64,000 nt of DNA from assembly GCA_950097015.1 (NCBI GenBank), contig CATNEN010000011.1, positions 248,001 through 312,000 on the forward strand. Reading direction: 5' to 3'. The notes under the pieces were generated by a model. The model was not told the origin of the DNA. It was given only the letters and a program-made list of their open reading frames with translations, and searched no databases. Below, one piece after another: positions 32,571-45,385 of this stretch (its first letter is position 1; the number at the start of each line of letters is the position of its first letter). The position numbers were made by a program, and so were the translations under genes. This DNA is from Macrostomum hystrix. Lineage: Eukaryota; Animalia; Platyhelminthes.

Positions 32571-35500
32571 TCAATGCATTTGTGCGATCACATCAACGCA
32601 TTGAAACCGCAGGTCTTCAAGGACATGGCGACAATGGGAAAGCAAGCCTGTTTTGCCTTGTAACGACTCGATTTCTTGATAGAGCCGTAACTGCAGACGC
32701 GAAGCTTCTTCGCGGATCAGATTTTTCTCCTCACCTATTCGGGAAAATAGAGACGAAGCTTCGATCATGAGAAGACGATACCGTGCAGCAGGTTCAGATA
32801 GAGACACGCCGCAGTAGACATCGGCCGTTGGATTGTAATATGTGGCCAGAGGTTCCCGTGAAAATTGTGGCAGATCCTTGGACCAAATGGCCGCCATTTC
32901 GCGCTGAACAACAGACAATCGCGCGATGTACACCTTGGCGTCGCTTTGTGCACTGCATTGGCGAAGGCTTGCATACAAGCGCAGCCGCTCAACAGCTCCG
33001 CACCGAAGGCGCTCTAATGGAGTCAGCGGAGAGGATTCTTCTTCAACTAAATACTCCTGAAGGTGCAGCTGTCCTCGTAGAAATAGCTGGTGCGGCTCAC
33101 GATCTGAAAAATATGATTTCATTGCACGACTGTTTTATTGCTTTACTCACGCGAGACAACCGCAATTAAGGCAGTGTGTTACCTTCTGGAAGCAATTTCT
33201 GCAAGAGACTGGTCAGAGACGCCGAGTGCCTGCGCAGCAAACGAAGTCTGTTTTGCAGCCATTTCCCTGGAGTGGAGGAAGTTGAAAAAAATTCTTTCAA
33301 TAAATCGGCGCCCATAAATGATAACCGCCATCGAATAACTGAATAAATGACATCCATTTTTAATACATTTGCTGTCAAAAGTTGAGGATATATACATTTT
33401 CAACCTTTAAACTGAGAAAATATGCGACAGAGAACAGAGAGATAGCATTAAAGTAAAAGGACAAAAAATCAAACACTGACCACATTCCAGTAAGTGACTG
33501 ACATTCGAACGCCAAATGTAATGAGCTAGAGTGTAAGTGCGGTGGTCAATGCGCATCTCCTTTAACTGTGGGCCGTATGGTCGGAACGATGAATTCAACC
33601 TCTCACAGTGTTCGCCATCGGTTAGGCCGCAGCCTTCAACGAATCTAACTGAGTTTTTTAGCTGAAATATGAAATAATAGGAATGATATGTGGCAAAAAA
33701 TATAATGTACAATCAAAACTATTTTCTTTCTTGTTTTGGTACGAACAAATGTAATACGAAATTTATAAATGAGACACAAAATACATACTCGGCAGGATGT
33801 CTTGTGAGCGAATGCATGAAAGGCGTTTACAGCAGGAACAATGGTTACATATGGATAGTCAGCCGCGATCTGCTGCAATCGACGGAACATCTTGCAGGCA
33901 ATGTCATAGACAAAGATGACTACCCCATTTACGCCACTTGCTTCCAAGAAGTATCGAAGACATTGTTCAGCGTATACAAGGCGTTCTCCTGGCGATCGGA
34001 TGTCAGCGCATGAAACTATAATTGAGTGGCGACAGGAGAGCATGAAGAGTCCGTTAACATCAAGGGCTCTTGAAGAAATTCTCCGAGTGACTGAGCCAGC
34101 TTGAAAATTCGAACACGAAGCAGTATCTTCGCCAGCTTCCTTGGGATCGACATCAACATGAATAAAAGGTGCCGGAAGACGACCATCGAGTGGTGATGGA
34201 CACAGCTGCTGACCAGCCCGGCGTCTGTGACGCAAACCCATGCACCCATCTCCTGTGACGATTGTTGTGGACGGCAACGAACCTGGAGTGTTCTGAATAA
34301 TTTGACGGATCCGCGATTTAAATTTTACAACAATTATTGATTCGTGTATACATGCGAATGCTTGCATTTTAGTAAATTTCAACAGTGATCTAATTAAGAG
34401 CAGCAATTTAGAAATTAGACACCGTAGCTGGGGTAGCAAATTTTAGACACAATGTGCACTTCGTCTATCGTCTTTCCTAAGGAAAACCTGCTCAATTTCG
34501 AAAAACAGTAGCAAGTTATTACTCACAGCATCTGGACACAACAAGCAACCGGTCGGCCAAGGAAGCACATCGCGAAGAAGTTGCCTATATCTTTTAAGCA
34601 CATCGTTTCGACGAAGAGCATCGTATAAATGCAGCCATGTCTGGAAACGAAAATGTTTTTCCAATTGTTATCGGCTTTGAGTTTGTTGGTAAAACGCTCT
34701 ATACTTAACCATATTTATATTTTAAGATACTATCCCATTTTTAGTATATAGGACTAGAAGATACAAGTTTTTTATAACTTACGCGCTGTCGACCCTCAGT
34801 GATATTATCAAACGTAAGCAAGCAGCGCACAGCTCGTAGAAGTGACATCTTTCCGTCGGATGTGAGACAATCGAGCATATCCAGAAGTCTCTTGTGAATG
34901 AATTTGTCGGAACTAACTTTTGTAACAGGAAAGTAGCCCGCAATAAGCATAGCATCGTTAATAGAACATTCCGCACAAAGATGAACTGACACAAAGATGC
35001 GATCTAAAATGATATTGCCCCAGAATGTAAATACGTAAAACAATGTTAATACGGGTAGCACCATCGCAATACACAGCAAATGTTAAAAATTACGTACGAC
35101 CAAGATGGTCGTATACATTAGCAGACGTGCTACTATGTAAATCCTCTCGGGAATTAACACAGCAATGAATGACAGGCCGCTCAGCAGGAGTAGAGTCTTG
35201 GTACATCTCTCCCTATAATGAGTTTGAAGAGTAAACGAAAGTCACATCCACGACATAAGAAGATGCACTTTCATATGAAGTTATGAACAGTCAACTTACA
35301 TTCCACTCGGTAAATTTGTGCACCAGAAAGGTGCCATGCGTATCTTTCATACAATCCGAGCAGAATTTGCTGGCGCATGTAGTACAATATACGAAACCAT
35401 CATTCATGCAGCGGCAGCACGGCTGTAGAATAAATTGCTTTAGACAGGCAGACGACTGCTGCTCAATAACTGGTTCTTCTCGCTCCCAGTCCTGTAGAGG

Positions 35501-35725
35501 CTGCTGCAACTTTGGTGATGCTGCCACGGAATCTACGACGTCCCAGTCCCTTTCTGCATGATCTGATACATGATCTGCTACAGAATGCTGAGAAGCTGCG
35601 GATTCCTGACTGCTTTGAGTAGTTTGCCGGTTAAAGTTGGCTCTAGCGACATTATAGGGCAGAAAGAGTGAACCACGGCCGCGGCGCCGCGATACTCGGA
35701 TGCCAAGATTTACTGAACGAGGAAA
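32571..35725 (-). CDS. KDZ (Kyakuja-Dileera-Zisupton) transposase, spliced, first exon not located
   Basis: Zn cluster CCRC...CTTC...CSDC...H...HKFTEWNG; CxC2-like CAEC...LIAGYFPVT; CLLCP; catalytic region GDG, SCRH, GER..Y, YDIAC, FHAFAH...C, GCGLTDGEHCER. About eight GT-AG exons with compatible phases and no internal stop found. Confidence 0.88.
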
Positions 35726-35783
35726 CTGAAATAAAATAAAGCATAAGAAAACTACAGTAAGGAAAAAGGAACAAAGTAGTGCT

Positions 35784-36100
35784 ACAGCAGGGCAGGGGCT
35801 GGTGGTGGGGCAGGGGCAGGACTACTGCAGGGTTTGGGCAGGGGATGGGACTGGGCAGGGGCAGGGGGTTTGGGGCAGGGGCAGGGACAGGGGGTTGGGG
35901 CAGGGGCAGGGGGTTGGGGCAGGGGCAGGGACAGGGGGTTGGGGCAGGGGCAGGGACAGGGGGTCGGGGCTGGAGCAGGGGCAGCGGCTGAGGCTGGGTC
36001 TAGGGCAGGGGTAGGGCATCGGTAGAGGCAAGGGGTGGGGTAGGGGCCAGACAAGGGCAGTGCGAAAGTTGGACAGGGGCAGGGGCAGGGGCAGAGCAGG
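35784..36100. repeat. (GGGGCA)n-type G-rich repeat upstream of the KDZ gene
   Basis: Direct reading of ggggcaggggcaggg... Confidence 0.85.
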
Positions 36101-36449
36101 GTCCGTGTCATATAAAGGGAACATAATAAATGACTTCGTTAAATCCAGCTTTATAGGCCACAGCTTGTAGTATATAAATATAACCTTCTAGCTAGTGGTT
36201 GGTATAGCTACCCTGGTAAGGTTGGCAGGTTGCTCATAACTGGAGATTTATCTTAATTTAAGTAATTAAATGAAATATGAATTGTATCTCATTTGTCATA
36301 TAATAGTTTAGGAAATCAAATAGATATAGCCTTATTTAATCACTTCGAAATAGTGCCTCGGTTAGCAATATAAAATCATAAACCAAGTTTAATAAATTAT
36401 TCTTTATAATAAATTATAAAGAAAAAAAGTATTCTTGTATAAATACTGG

Positions 36450-38947
36450 ACTGGACTGGATAGCTAGCTAGGACTAGAAAGCTAGGGAGGCAAGATAGGA
36501 CTAGACAGCTAGTGGGGGGGCAGGATAGCTAGCTAGGACTGGACAGCTAGGGGGGCAGAAAAGCTAGCTAGGAATGGACAGCTAGGGGGCAGGATAGCTA
36601 TCTAGGGGGGGCAGGATAGCTATCTAGGGGGGGCAGGATAGCTAGCTAGGGGGGCAGGATAGCTAGCTAGGGGGGCAGGATAGCTAGCTAAGGGGGGCAG
36701 GATAGCTAGCTAGGACTGGCCACCTAGGGGGGTGGCAAGATTTCTAGCTAGGACTGGACAGCTATGGGGCAGGATAGCTAGCTAGGACTGGACAGCTAGG
36801 GGGGCAGGATAGCTAGCTAGGACTAGGCAGTTAGGGGGGCACTGGGCACAATAGCTAGCTAGGACTGGACAGCTAGGGGGCAGGATAGCGAGCTAGGACT
36901 GGACAGCTAGGGGCCAGGATAGCTAGCTAGGACTGGACAGCTAGGGGCCAGGATAGCTAGCTAGGACTGGCCAGCTAGGGGCCAGGATTGCTAGCTAGGA
37001 CTGGGCAGTTAGGGGGGCACTGGGCACAATAGCTAGCTAGGACTGGACAGCTAGGGGGCAGGATAGCTAGCTAGGACTGGACAGCTAGGGGCCAGGATAG
37101 CTAGCTAGGACTGGCCAGCTAGGGGCCAGGATTGCTAGCTAGGACTGGCCAGCTAGGGGGCAGGATAGCTAGCTAGGACTAGACAGCTAGGGGGGCAAGA
37201 TTGCTAGCTAGGACTGGACAGCTAGGGGGCAGGATAGCTAGCTAGGGGGGCAGGATAGCTAGCTAGGGGGGCAGGATAGCTAGCTAGGGGGGCAGGATAG
37301 CTAGCTAGGGGGGCAGGATAGCTAGCTAGGGGGGCAGGATAGCTAGCTAGGGGGGCAGGATAGCTAGCTAGGGGGGGCAGGATAGCTAGCTAGGGGGGCA
37401 GGATAGCTAGCTAGGGGGGCATGATAGCTAGCTAGGACTGGCCAGCTAGGGGGGGCAAGATTTCTAGCTAGGACTGGACAGCTAGTGGGCAGGATAGCTA
37501 GCTAGGGGTGGCAGGATAGCTAGCTAGGACTAGGCAGTTGGGGGGCACTGGGCACAATAGCTAGCTAGGACTGGACAGCTAGGGGGCAGGATAGCTAGCT
37601 AGGACTGGACAGCTAGGGGGGCAGGATTGCTAGCTAGGGGGGGCAAGATTGCTAGCTAGGACTGGACAGCTAGTGGGCAGGATAGCTAGCTAGGGGGGGC
37701 CTGGATAGCTAGCTAGGACTGGCCAGCTAGGGGGGGGGCAAGATTTCTAGCAAGGACTGGACAGCTAGTGGGCAGGATAGCTAGCTAGGGGTGGCAGGAT
37801 AGCTAGCTAGGACTAGGCAGTTAGGGGGGCACTGGGCACAATAGCTAGCTAGGACTGGACAGCTAGGGGGCAGGATAGCTAGCTAGGACTGGACAGCTAG
37901 GGGCCAGGATAGCTAACTAGGACTGGCCAGCTAGGGGGGCAAGATTGCTAGCTAGGACTGGACAGCTAGGGGGCAGGATAGCTAGTTAGGACTAGACAGC
38001 TAGGGGGGCAAGATTGCTAGCTAGGACTAGACAGCTAGGGGCAGGATATCTAGGAGGACTAGAGGGCTGGGTAGCGAGGAGGACTGGATAAATATAGTAT
38101 ATATATATGTTATACTTTATATTGTAAAATGTATTTAATACTAATATAGATAATGTCTCTAAATTAACAAATATGACTAGATCATAACATAAAAAGCTAT
38201 TTGGTAGTTTAGAACAATTCAATAAATTTTCTTCATGCAAATGAGTGCCATATAATTTTTTATATAACTACTAACTAGCATTTATAATAACAAAAAAGCT
38301 ATAATTAAACAGTATTTATATAATTTATCAGCACATTATTGGATAAATAGATCAAATGTTTAGAAAATATATCATGCCTAGGCATAGCCTAGCTTGATTT
38401 CTACTTAACAAAAGTTTCACATCAGAAAAAGCCCATAAAGCTAAAGAACCTGAGTTAATAGTTAATTCCTGTAACCTGTTACTACAACTTTCTAATCTAG
38501 CAAGTAGTAATATAGTGGCTTTACTGTTACATTACAAGAAAATTCATATTCGACAAAAAGCAATCTTCAACTTCACCATACAATGTAAGTCACATCTATG
38601 TATAGCTTTAAAGCAACTGACTAGCTTGTAAATTCTGCAAGTAACATCAAACCTGATAATGAATCATATACCAGTGCCAGCCCGTGCTGATGAATTTTAA
38701 ATTCGTTTTTATTTAAACAGCACTTTAAAACAAAGTCGTATTTCAAAATTTAGGATTTTTAACAGGTTAAACAAAACACAATAAATCGCTTAATTTCTAG
38801 CCTTGCTGCATTGAAGTACTAGTTAGTTAAAACAGATGAGCTTTTTCCGGTCTAGTCCATAGAAGAAAGCTTAACAGACGAGCTTTTTCCAGGCTAGACG
38901 GGAGATATTTTAAGCTTTTTCCCCGTCTAGACCTCTGCCGTCGGGTG
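36450..38947 (-). repeat. Right terminal inverted repeat (minisatellite at about 36450-38090 plus unique outer part)
   Basis: Mirror of the left TIR, with a longer satellite array. Confidence 0.88.
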
Positions 38948-41832
38948 TTTTTTTCGTGTTGCTCAGAAGTCAAAACAGAACGATATCACCATCTATAAGT
39001 CTATTGCCAAGAGATGGATTTACTAAAATTTAATATAAGCAGTACCACACTACCAGTCTTCATCTTGTACGTTTGATCTTTTGTTGAAGACGACGCATTT
39101 TTATACGACCTGCACCCTAAATAAGTTTGGCATTATACATTTTTCAATCTCGTCAGCTCACTTAAATAAGTAGGCCCAACTTAAGAATAATAATTTATGG
39201 GCCCCTAGCAGTGCTGCCTGCAAATACTTGTAGCCTAACCTTTTTAATGTAGCCACATTTTCAGCTCTAGTTCGGCCTATTTTCTACTACAGTCTACAGT
39301 ACTAGGTTCAATGGCAGCACTCTTATTTTGCACTTTACCCATCCATTTCAGTTTTTAAGTGATTAGGCCTATGAATAAACAACCAGTTGATTGATCTTAA
39401 GGGAATGAAGCATGAACAAGTATTTTGTACTAGGCCTAAGCAGTTTAGCAGAAAAGAAAAGGCAAAATGCTTGGCCTAGTTCTGCAGAAAAGGCTCAGGG
39501 GCAATCTTCTGGTTTTAGGCCTACACATTTAATTATTAACAAAAGTTAACTTTTCCTAAATTAAGATAAGCAAAAATTTATAATTGTCTAGCTAGGCCTA
39601 CTGGCAGTGTATGGAGCTATGTCTATGGCAAAATAGGCCTAGGCCTACTTGCAGTTGCAGGTTTTGAATGACATGTCAATGTTATGTTTATGAGTTTAAA
39701 ACTTTGTCCACCTTGGAATTCTTTGCCTCAAATCCCACCTTGAAATGTAATAACATATTAAGGTAGAGGATTCCACCTCAAATTTTCTGTCTCTGTCTCA
39801 AATATATAGGGCCTACATGATAATAATATTACTAATATCAAATAAGTTACAAGTAAAATGTGAGACTTGATGCCATTATGAATTTTAGTCAAAATTGATT
39901 TAGAGAGCTCACTTTCAGTTGGAGGATTCAGCCTTCAATTCAGCCTTATCTATTTCTTGTTTAATAATGTAATGTGGTCAATAATAATGGTATCATGTGA
40001 CAAATATTACTAGGTAAGCCTATACTGAGTTGATAGTAGTCATACATGCGCAACACCTGGCCGACCCAGCCAAACCAGCCAGGTGAAACAAGGGCCAAGC
40101 AAGGTAAGTCACAAAAACCAATCAACTAAGTGCAAAAAAATTAAAGGGGGACCAAAGGACAAAAAAGGAAGGTGTGAAGAAGAAGAAAAAGGGGAGAGAA
40201 AAAATAGAGCAAATGAGAGCAAACTAGGCCTAAGTCATAAATAGAGCAATGAAACGAACTAGGCCTATGTTGCAATTGAGAGCAAACTAAGTTGTAAATA
40301 GAGCAAAAACTAAGTCACACAGCCGGCTAAGATTTGGGAGGTTGCACATGTATGATACTAGTTACAATTATCAAGACAAAATTCAATGCAGAATTCAAGG
40401 TGGAATTCAAAGTGCTCATCTAAATAAGAGTAGCATGAGTGAAAAGCTGCCTAAAAGGCCAAATAGCACTGGAAAGGACTACCAAATGATAGTCCTAGAC
40501 CAGTATACTTTTGATAGAGATAGATGGCACAATAGTACAATGTACATATCCTCTACTCAAGAAAATTTGGACTAGGACTCCATTGTTACTTGTGAAGCTT
40601 ATACCAGTAGGAAACCCTATGTGTATCTGATATTGGGAAGAGTGTCACTATTGTATTGAGATATATGTATATGGCATATTTTATATAACAATCACACTAG
40701 GGCCTAGTAGGAGCTAACTTTAGTAAGTTCCAATAGTTTTATAGTTTCACCCTATTGGAGCAAATAGGGGTTTATGTGGACAGCGTCCGGCACACTTGTG
40801 AAACATTGCCTGCGCGGCTGCAGGTCAAAAAAGGTCATTTGGTATGTGTCCATATTTTCGCAAAATCACCACGTAGCTGTTCTATTTTTAGAAATACACT
40901 ACGGAGATCAAAAATGGTCTTTCAACATTTTTTTCACAAAATCAATCATCTAGTTGAGTCAGACTGAAGATATTTAGACTGAAGATACAATATTGAAGAT
41001 ATATAGCAATTGCATGTTTGGGCTCTTTTTCTTGAAACCAGCTGCGCACTTGTGTGCCCAGCGGGAGTGTCCACAGCTTTTTTTAATTTTGCTCCATTAG
41101 TGTAGTTTCATAAAAAATTTTAACATAAAAGTTATAAGCCTACTTGAATATTTTATATTTTATATATATTATATTTTATAGGCAAAAATATTGAATTTGA
41201 AATGTTTTTATGTTTTTATTACTTTTATACTTGGTTGTAGCACTTTTTAATACACTTTTTGTTTATTATGGCAAAAATACATCTTTATGATTGATTGCCA
41301 AAATCTATATAATTTGCAGCATAGTATGAGTATATACCTTTTTTTCTTTGATTTTAAATATTTTTTTGTATTCGCTGTCACTTATTTTTTCTTGATAGTG
41401 ATTTGTGTTTTATTTTTAGGACTATCTTATTGCCTTTTGTATTTACCAAGTTAAAGTTAGGCAGCCTGTTGCTTTTTGTTGGTTTATTTCCTAAATATTC
41501 AGACACATTACCACTTTTTTGTAATAAAACAGAAAATTCATGTTCACCTTAAAAAGGTTGTTGATTACGATTACTCGTATGCATATGGTAAACTAAATAA
41601 AGGCCTAATATATGTTCAATTGTATTTTCTAGTCTGTGTTTATAGTAGACAAAGTTTCTAAAAAAAATAAAATGCTTGTAGCAGAATTTTCTATTCTTAG
41701 ACAAGATCTATTTTCTTAGACAAGAAGCTGTAAGCATTACATTAAGAGCATGCTATCACTCCTTAGATTGCAGAAATTAGCTATTAGCCAGCTTGCAAAA
41801 AAACCTTCAAGGTACCAGAGACTAATTGAAAA

Positions 41833-44800
41833 ATGGACAAGTCCAGCGAGAACTCTGAAGATGACATCTTTGCTGAGACCAACGAAAATGTAGAGGACGT
41901 CAACCTGAACAGCAGCATTGCGGCTGACAGCCAGCCCGCTGCTCTTGTGGCCACAGCTCCGTCCGCTGAGAAAGTGGAGTCTTCAGCTCCGTCAGCCCCT
42001 GCCTCGAAGGTATCTGGACATGCGCCAAGCTCTGCCACGCCTGGAAAACTTGAACTGCCGACCTCACTGTCATTTGAGTACTTGCTGACTGTGCGGGTCA
42101 CTCACCCGGAGAAAATCGGGGACGGCATGGGTGCCTACGTGGCATACAAAGTTTCATTCTCAACCACCATTCCGGCCTTTTCCCGGCCGGAAGGCAGCGT
42201 TCGAAGGCGATTTTCTGACTTTCTGGGCCTCTACGAGAAGCTGCACGAGAAATACGTGAGGTGAGAGATAGAAAATCTCAATGCCAAATGCTGCAAGATT
42301 GTTCACAGCATCAGTGCAAAAGCTTCAGCCATTCCTGTTATTAAAATAAAAAGATGTGAAATATTGGAAGTGTTTTGCCACTGTTTAAGTTTTGCGTTTT
42401 GCTTATTTTAAAATGAGTTTTGAGATTTGTTATTTTGACATGTTAAAAATAAATCTATTAGTTCTTCGAGTTTTTCTCAAGCATTTATAATGTATAAGAA
42501 ATTAATTGGATTTAAAGTACTCGTACTTGCAAGCAGCAATGGGTTTGCAAAGTTGCCGATACAATCTTGAACCAAAGAATTTGATCGTACAAATATTTCA
42601 TAACCCTCTCGTCATTTATTTGCTGATTTGCTTACAAGTAAAACTGGCAGTCATTGTCCAGCGCATCCGGGGAGCTGCCACACGCAGCTCAGATTTTTAT
42701 CCCAGTTTTTTAGCAATCAGACGCTTTAGGCACTGAGCTAAAACCTGTGATCTAAATCTGTGCATTCCATCCAGGGACGGCTTTGTCATCCCACCAAAAC
42801 CCGAGAAATCAGTTGTTGGTGCCACAAAAGTCAAGATGTCGAAGGATAGCGTGGAGGAAGACCACTTTGTGGAACGGCGGCGCGCCCAACTGGAGCGCTT
42901 CCTGAACCGCTGCGCCGACCACCCCGTGCTGCGCATGGATCCGGATTTCAGGGAATTTCTCGAGCACGACGGCGACCTGCCCAAGGCTAGCGGCACTAGG
43001 GCGCTGAGCGGCGCCGGCGTTTTGCGCGTCTTCTCCTCCATCGGCAGCTCCGTGCAGCGAATGACCTACAAGATGGACGAGAGCGACCAGGTGCGTGGCT
43101 TAGACCAAATTGACTTGTGTGCCTTCTAGTTAATGGCTAAAAGCAGTAGTTTTCTTGTCACTTTTTCATTAGTTTCTTTTACCATTCTCCATGGTCTCTT
43201 ATCCCATTATCCATGTTCTCTTATCCCATTCTCCATGGTCTCTTATCCCATTCTCCATGTTCTCTTATCCCGTTCTCCATGTTCTCTTATCCCATTCTCC
43301 ATGGTCTCTTATCCCATTCTCCATGTTCTCTTATCCCGTTCTCCATGGTCTCTTATCCCATTCTCCATGTTTTCTTATCCCGTTATCCATAGTCTCTTAT
43401 CCCATTCTCCATGGTCTCTTATCCCGTTCTCCATGTTCTCTTATCCCATTCTCCATGTTTTCTTATCCCGTTCTCCATAGTCTCTTATCCCGTTCTCCAT
43501 GTTCTCTTATCCCGTTATCCATAGTCTCTTATCCCATTCTTCATGGTCTCTTATCCCATTCTCCATTGTCTCTTCTCCCGTTCTCCATGGTCTCTTATCC
43601 CATTCTCCATGTTCTCTTATCCCATTCTCCATTGTCTCTTCTCCCGTTCTTCATGGTCTCTTATCCCATTCTCCATGTTCTCTTATCCCATTCTCCATTG
43701 TCTCTTCTCCCGTTCTCCATGGTCTCTTATCCCATTCTCCATGTTCTCTTATCTCGTTATCCATAGTCTTATATATTATTCCCCATGGTCTCTATTACCA
43801 TTTTCTGTGGTACAATTTGCTATCCTCAATTGTACAAGTTTTGTATTTTTGTCCTATTCTCTCATTTTAATAATCTTTGATTTGTCCTTTTATGGGCTTT
43901 ATTTTTACTCCTCAATACGAAATGTTTAGAAATAGCTCAAGCTTTGCACCCTTCCTTACACATGCTTACACATCCAGTGGTTCGAAGACAAGAACCAGGA
44001 GGTGCACCAGTTGGAGGAGCACCTGCGCCGCCTGCACAGCAGCATCGAGGCGCTGGTGAATCACCGCCGCGAGTACGGCTGCATGGCTGAGCAGTTTGCC
44101 GGCTCGGCCAATATGCTTTCAAGCGTTGAGGAGAACACCAACCTGTCATTCGCTTTCACTAAGCTGGCTGAAACTGAGGAACGCGTTGGACGGCTGCAGG
44201 TTGAGCAGGCGGATTCTGACTACTACGGCCTTGCCGAGCTGCTTAACGATCACCTGGCCATGCTGGAGTCTGTTCGGGCCAGCATGCACGAGAGGGTGCG
44301 TGCCTACAAAGCCTGGAAGGACGCCGAGACCGCGTTGAATAAGAAGCGCGAGGAAAAGGTGCGCAACGAGCTTAGCGGCAAGGCGGACAAGGCCGCCGCT
44401 TGTGACGCCGCAGCGCGCGAGCTCGAGGGGCAGGTGCGTTGAAGATTGGAGTTCTCATATAAAGTTTCGTATGGGATCAGAAGCCATGAAGAGGCTTTGG
44501 CTGCTCGTACAGTCAAATCATTTAAAGCTTACAAAATTATCATTTCTTAAGTGGGGTATTAGAGAATTCCGTAAGTACCTAATCATTCGAATATAGCTAT
44601 TCTGTCAGTGGAATATAGCTATTCCGTCAATGGAATATAGCTATTCTGTCAGTGGAATATAGCTATTCTGTCAGTGGAATATAGCTATTCTGTCAATGGA
44701 ATATAGCTATTCTGTCAGTGGAATATAGCTATTCTGTCAATGGAATATAGCTATTCTGTCAGTGGAATATAGCTATTCTGTCAGTGGAATATAGCTATTC

Positions 44801-45385
44801 TGTCAGTGGAATATAGCTATTCTGTCAATGGAATATAGCTATTCTGTCAGTGGAATATAGCTATTCTGTCAATGGAATATAGCTATTCTGTCAGTGGAAT
44901 ATAGCTATTCCGTCAATGGAATATAGCTATTCTGTCAGTGGAATATAGCTATTCTGTCAGTGGAATATAGCTATTCTGTCAGTGGAATATAGCTATTCTG
45001 TCAGTGGAATATAGCTATTCTGTCAATGGAATATAGCTATTCTGTCAGTGGAATATAGCTATTCTGTCAGTGGAATATAGCTATTCTGTCAGTGGAATAT
45101 AGCTATTCTGTCAGTGGAATATAACTATTCTGTCAGTGGAATATAGCCATTCACTCAGTTAGCTACTTCCCGTCCCGACCTGGCCAGGTGGAGCGCGGTC
45201 AGGAGGCATTCGACAAGATCTCGGCGACTGTGCGTCGCGAGCTCGAGCGATACGATCTGCGCCGCGGCTACGAACTGAAAAAGGCCATTGTTGCCAGCCT
45301 GGAGCATCAGCTGCGCCAGCAGCAATGCGTGCTGGAGGCCTGGGAGGCTTATTTACCTGAGGCCAAGCGCATTCTAGCCGCTTGA
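41833..45385 (+). CDS. SNX1/2: Sorting nexin 1/2 (PX plus BAR)
   Basis: Exons 41833-42260, 42775-43090, 43978-44433, 45188-45385 with compatible phases. PX motifs [53 protein letters not shown] motifs [14 protein letters not shown]. Confidence 0.95.
43183..43760. repeat. Minisatellite of about 22 bp (ctcttatcccattctccatgKt)n in SNX intron 2
   Basis: Tandem degenerate units. Confidence 0.9.
44593..45150. repeat. 22-bp minisatellite (RtggaatatagctattctgtcA)n in SNX intron 3
   Basis: About 25 nearly identical abutting units with no spacers. Confidence 0.95.

Larger units (their letters stand above)
23262..38947. mobile_element. 15.7-kb KDZ-family DNA transposon with very long TIRs and two convergent spliced genes
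   Basis: Ends CACCCGACGG / CCGTCGGGTG are exact inverted copies for hundreds of bp; T7 on both flanks; KDZ transposase inside. Confidence 0.85.

Noticed and set aside
43133-43929. Hydrophobic SYPILH-repeat ORFs
   Set aside because: They lie in SNX intron 2 and derive from the minisatellite.
44593-45150. CRISPR-like regular repeat
   Set aside because: Units abut with no unique spacers, sit in a eukaryotic intron, and there are no cas genes.
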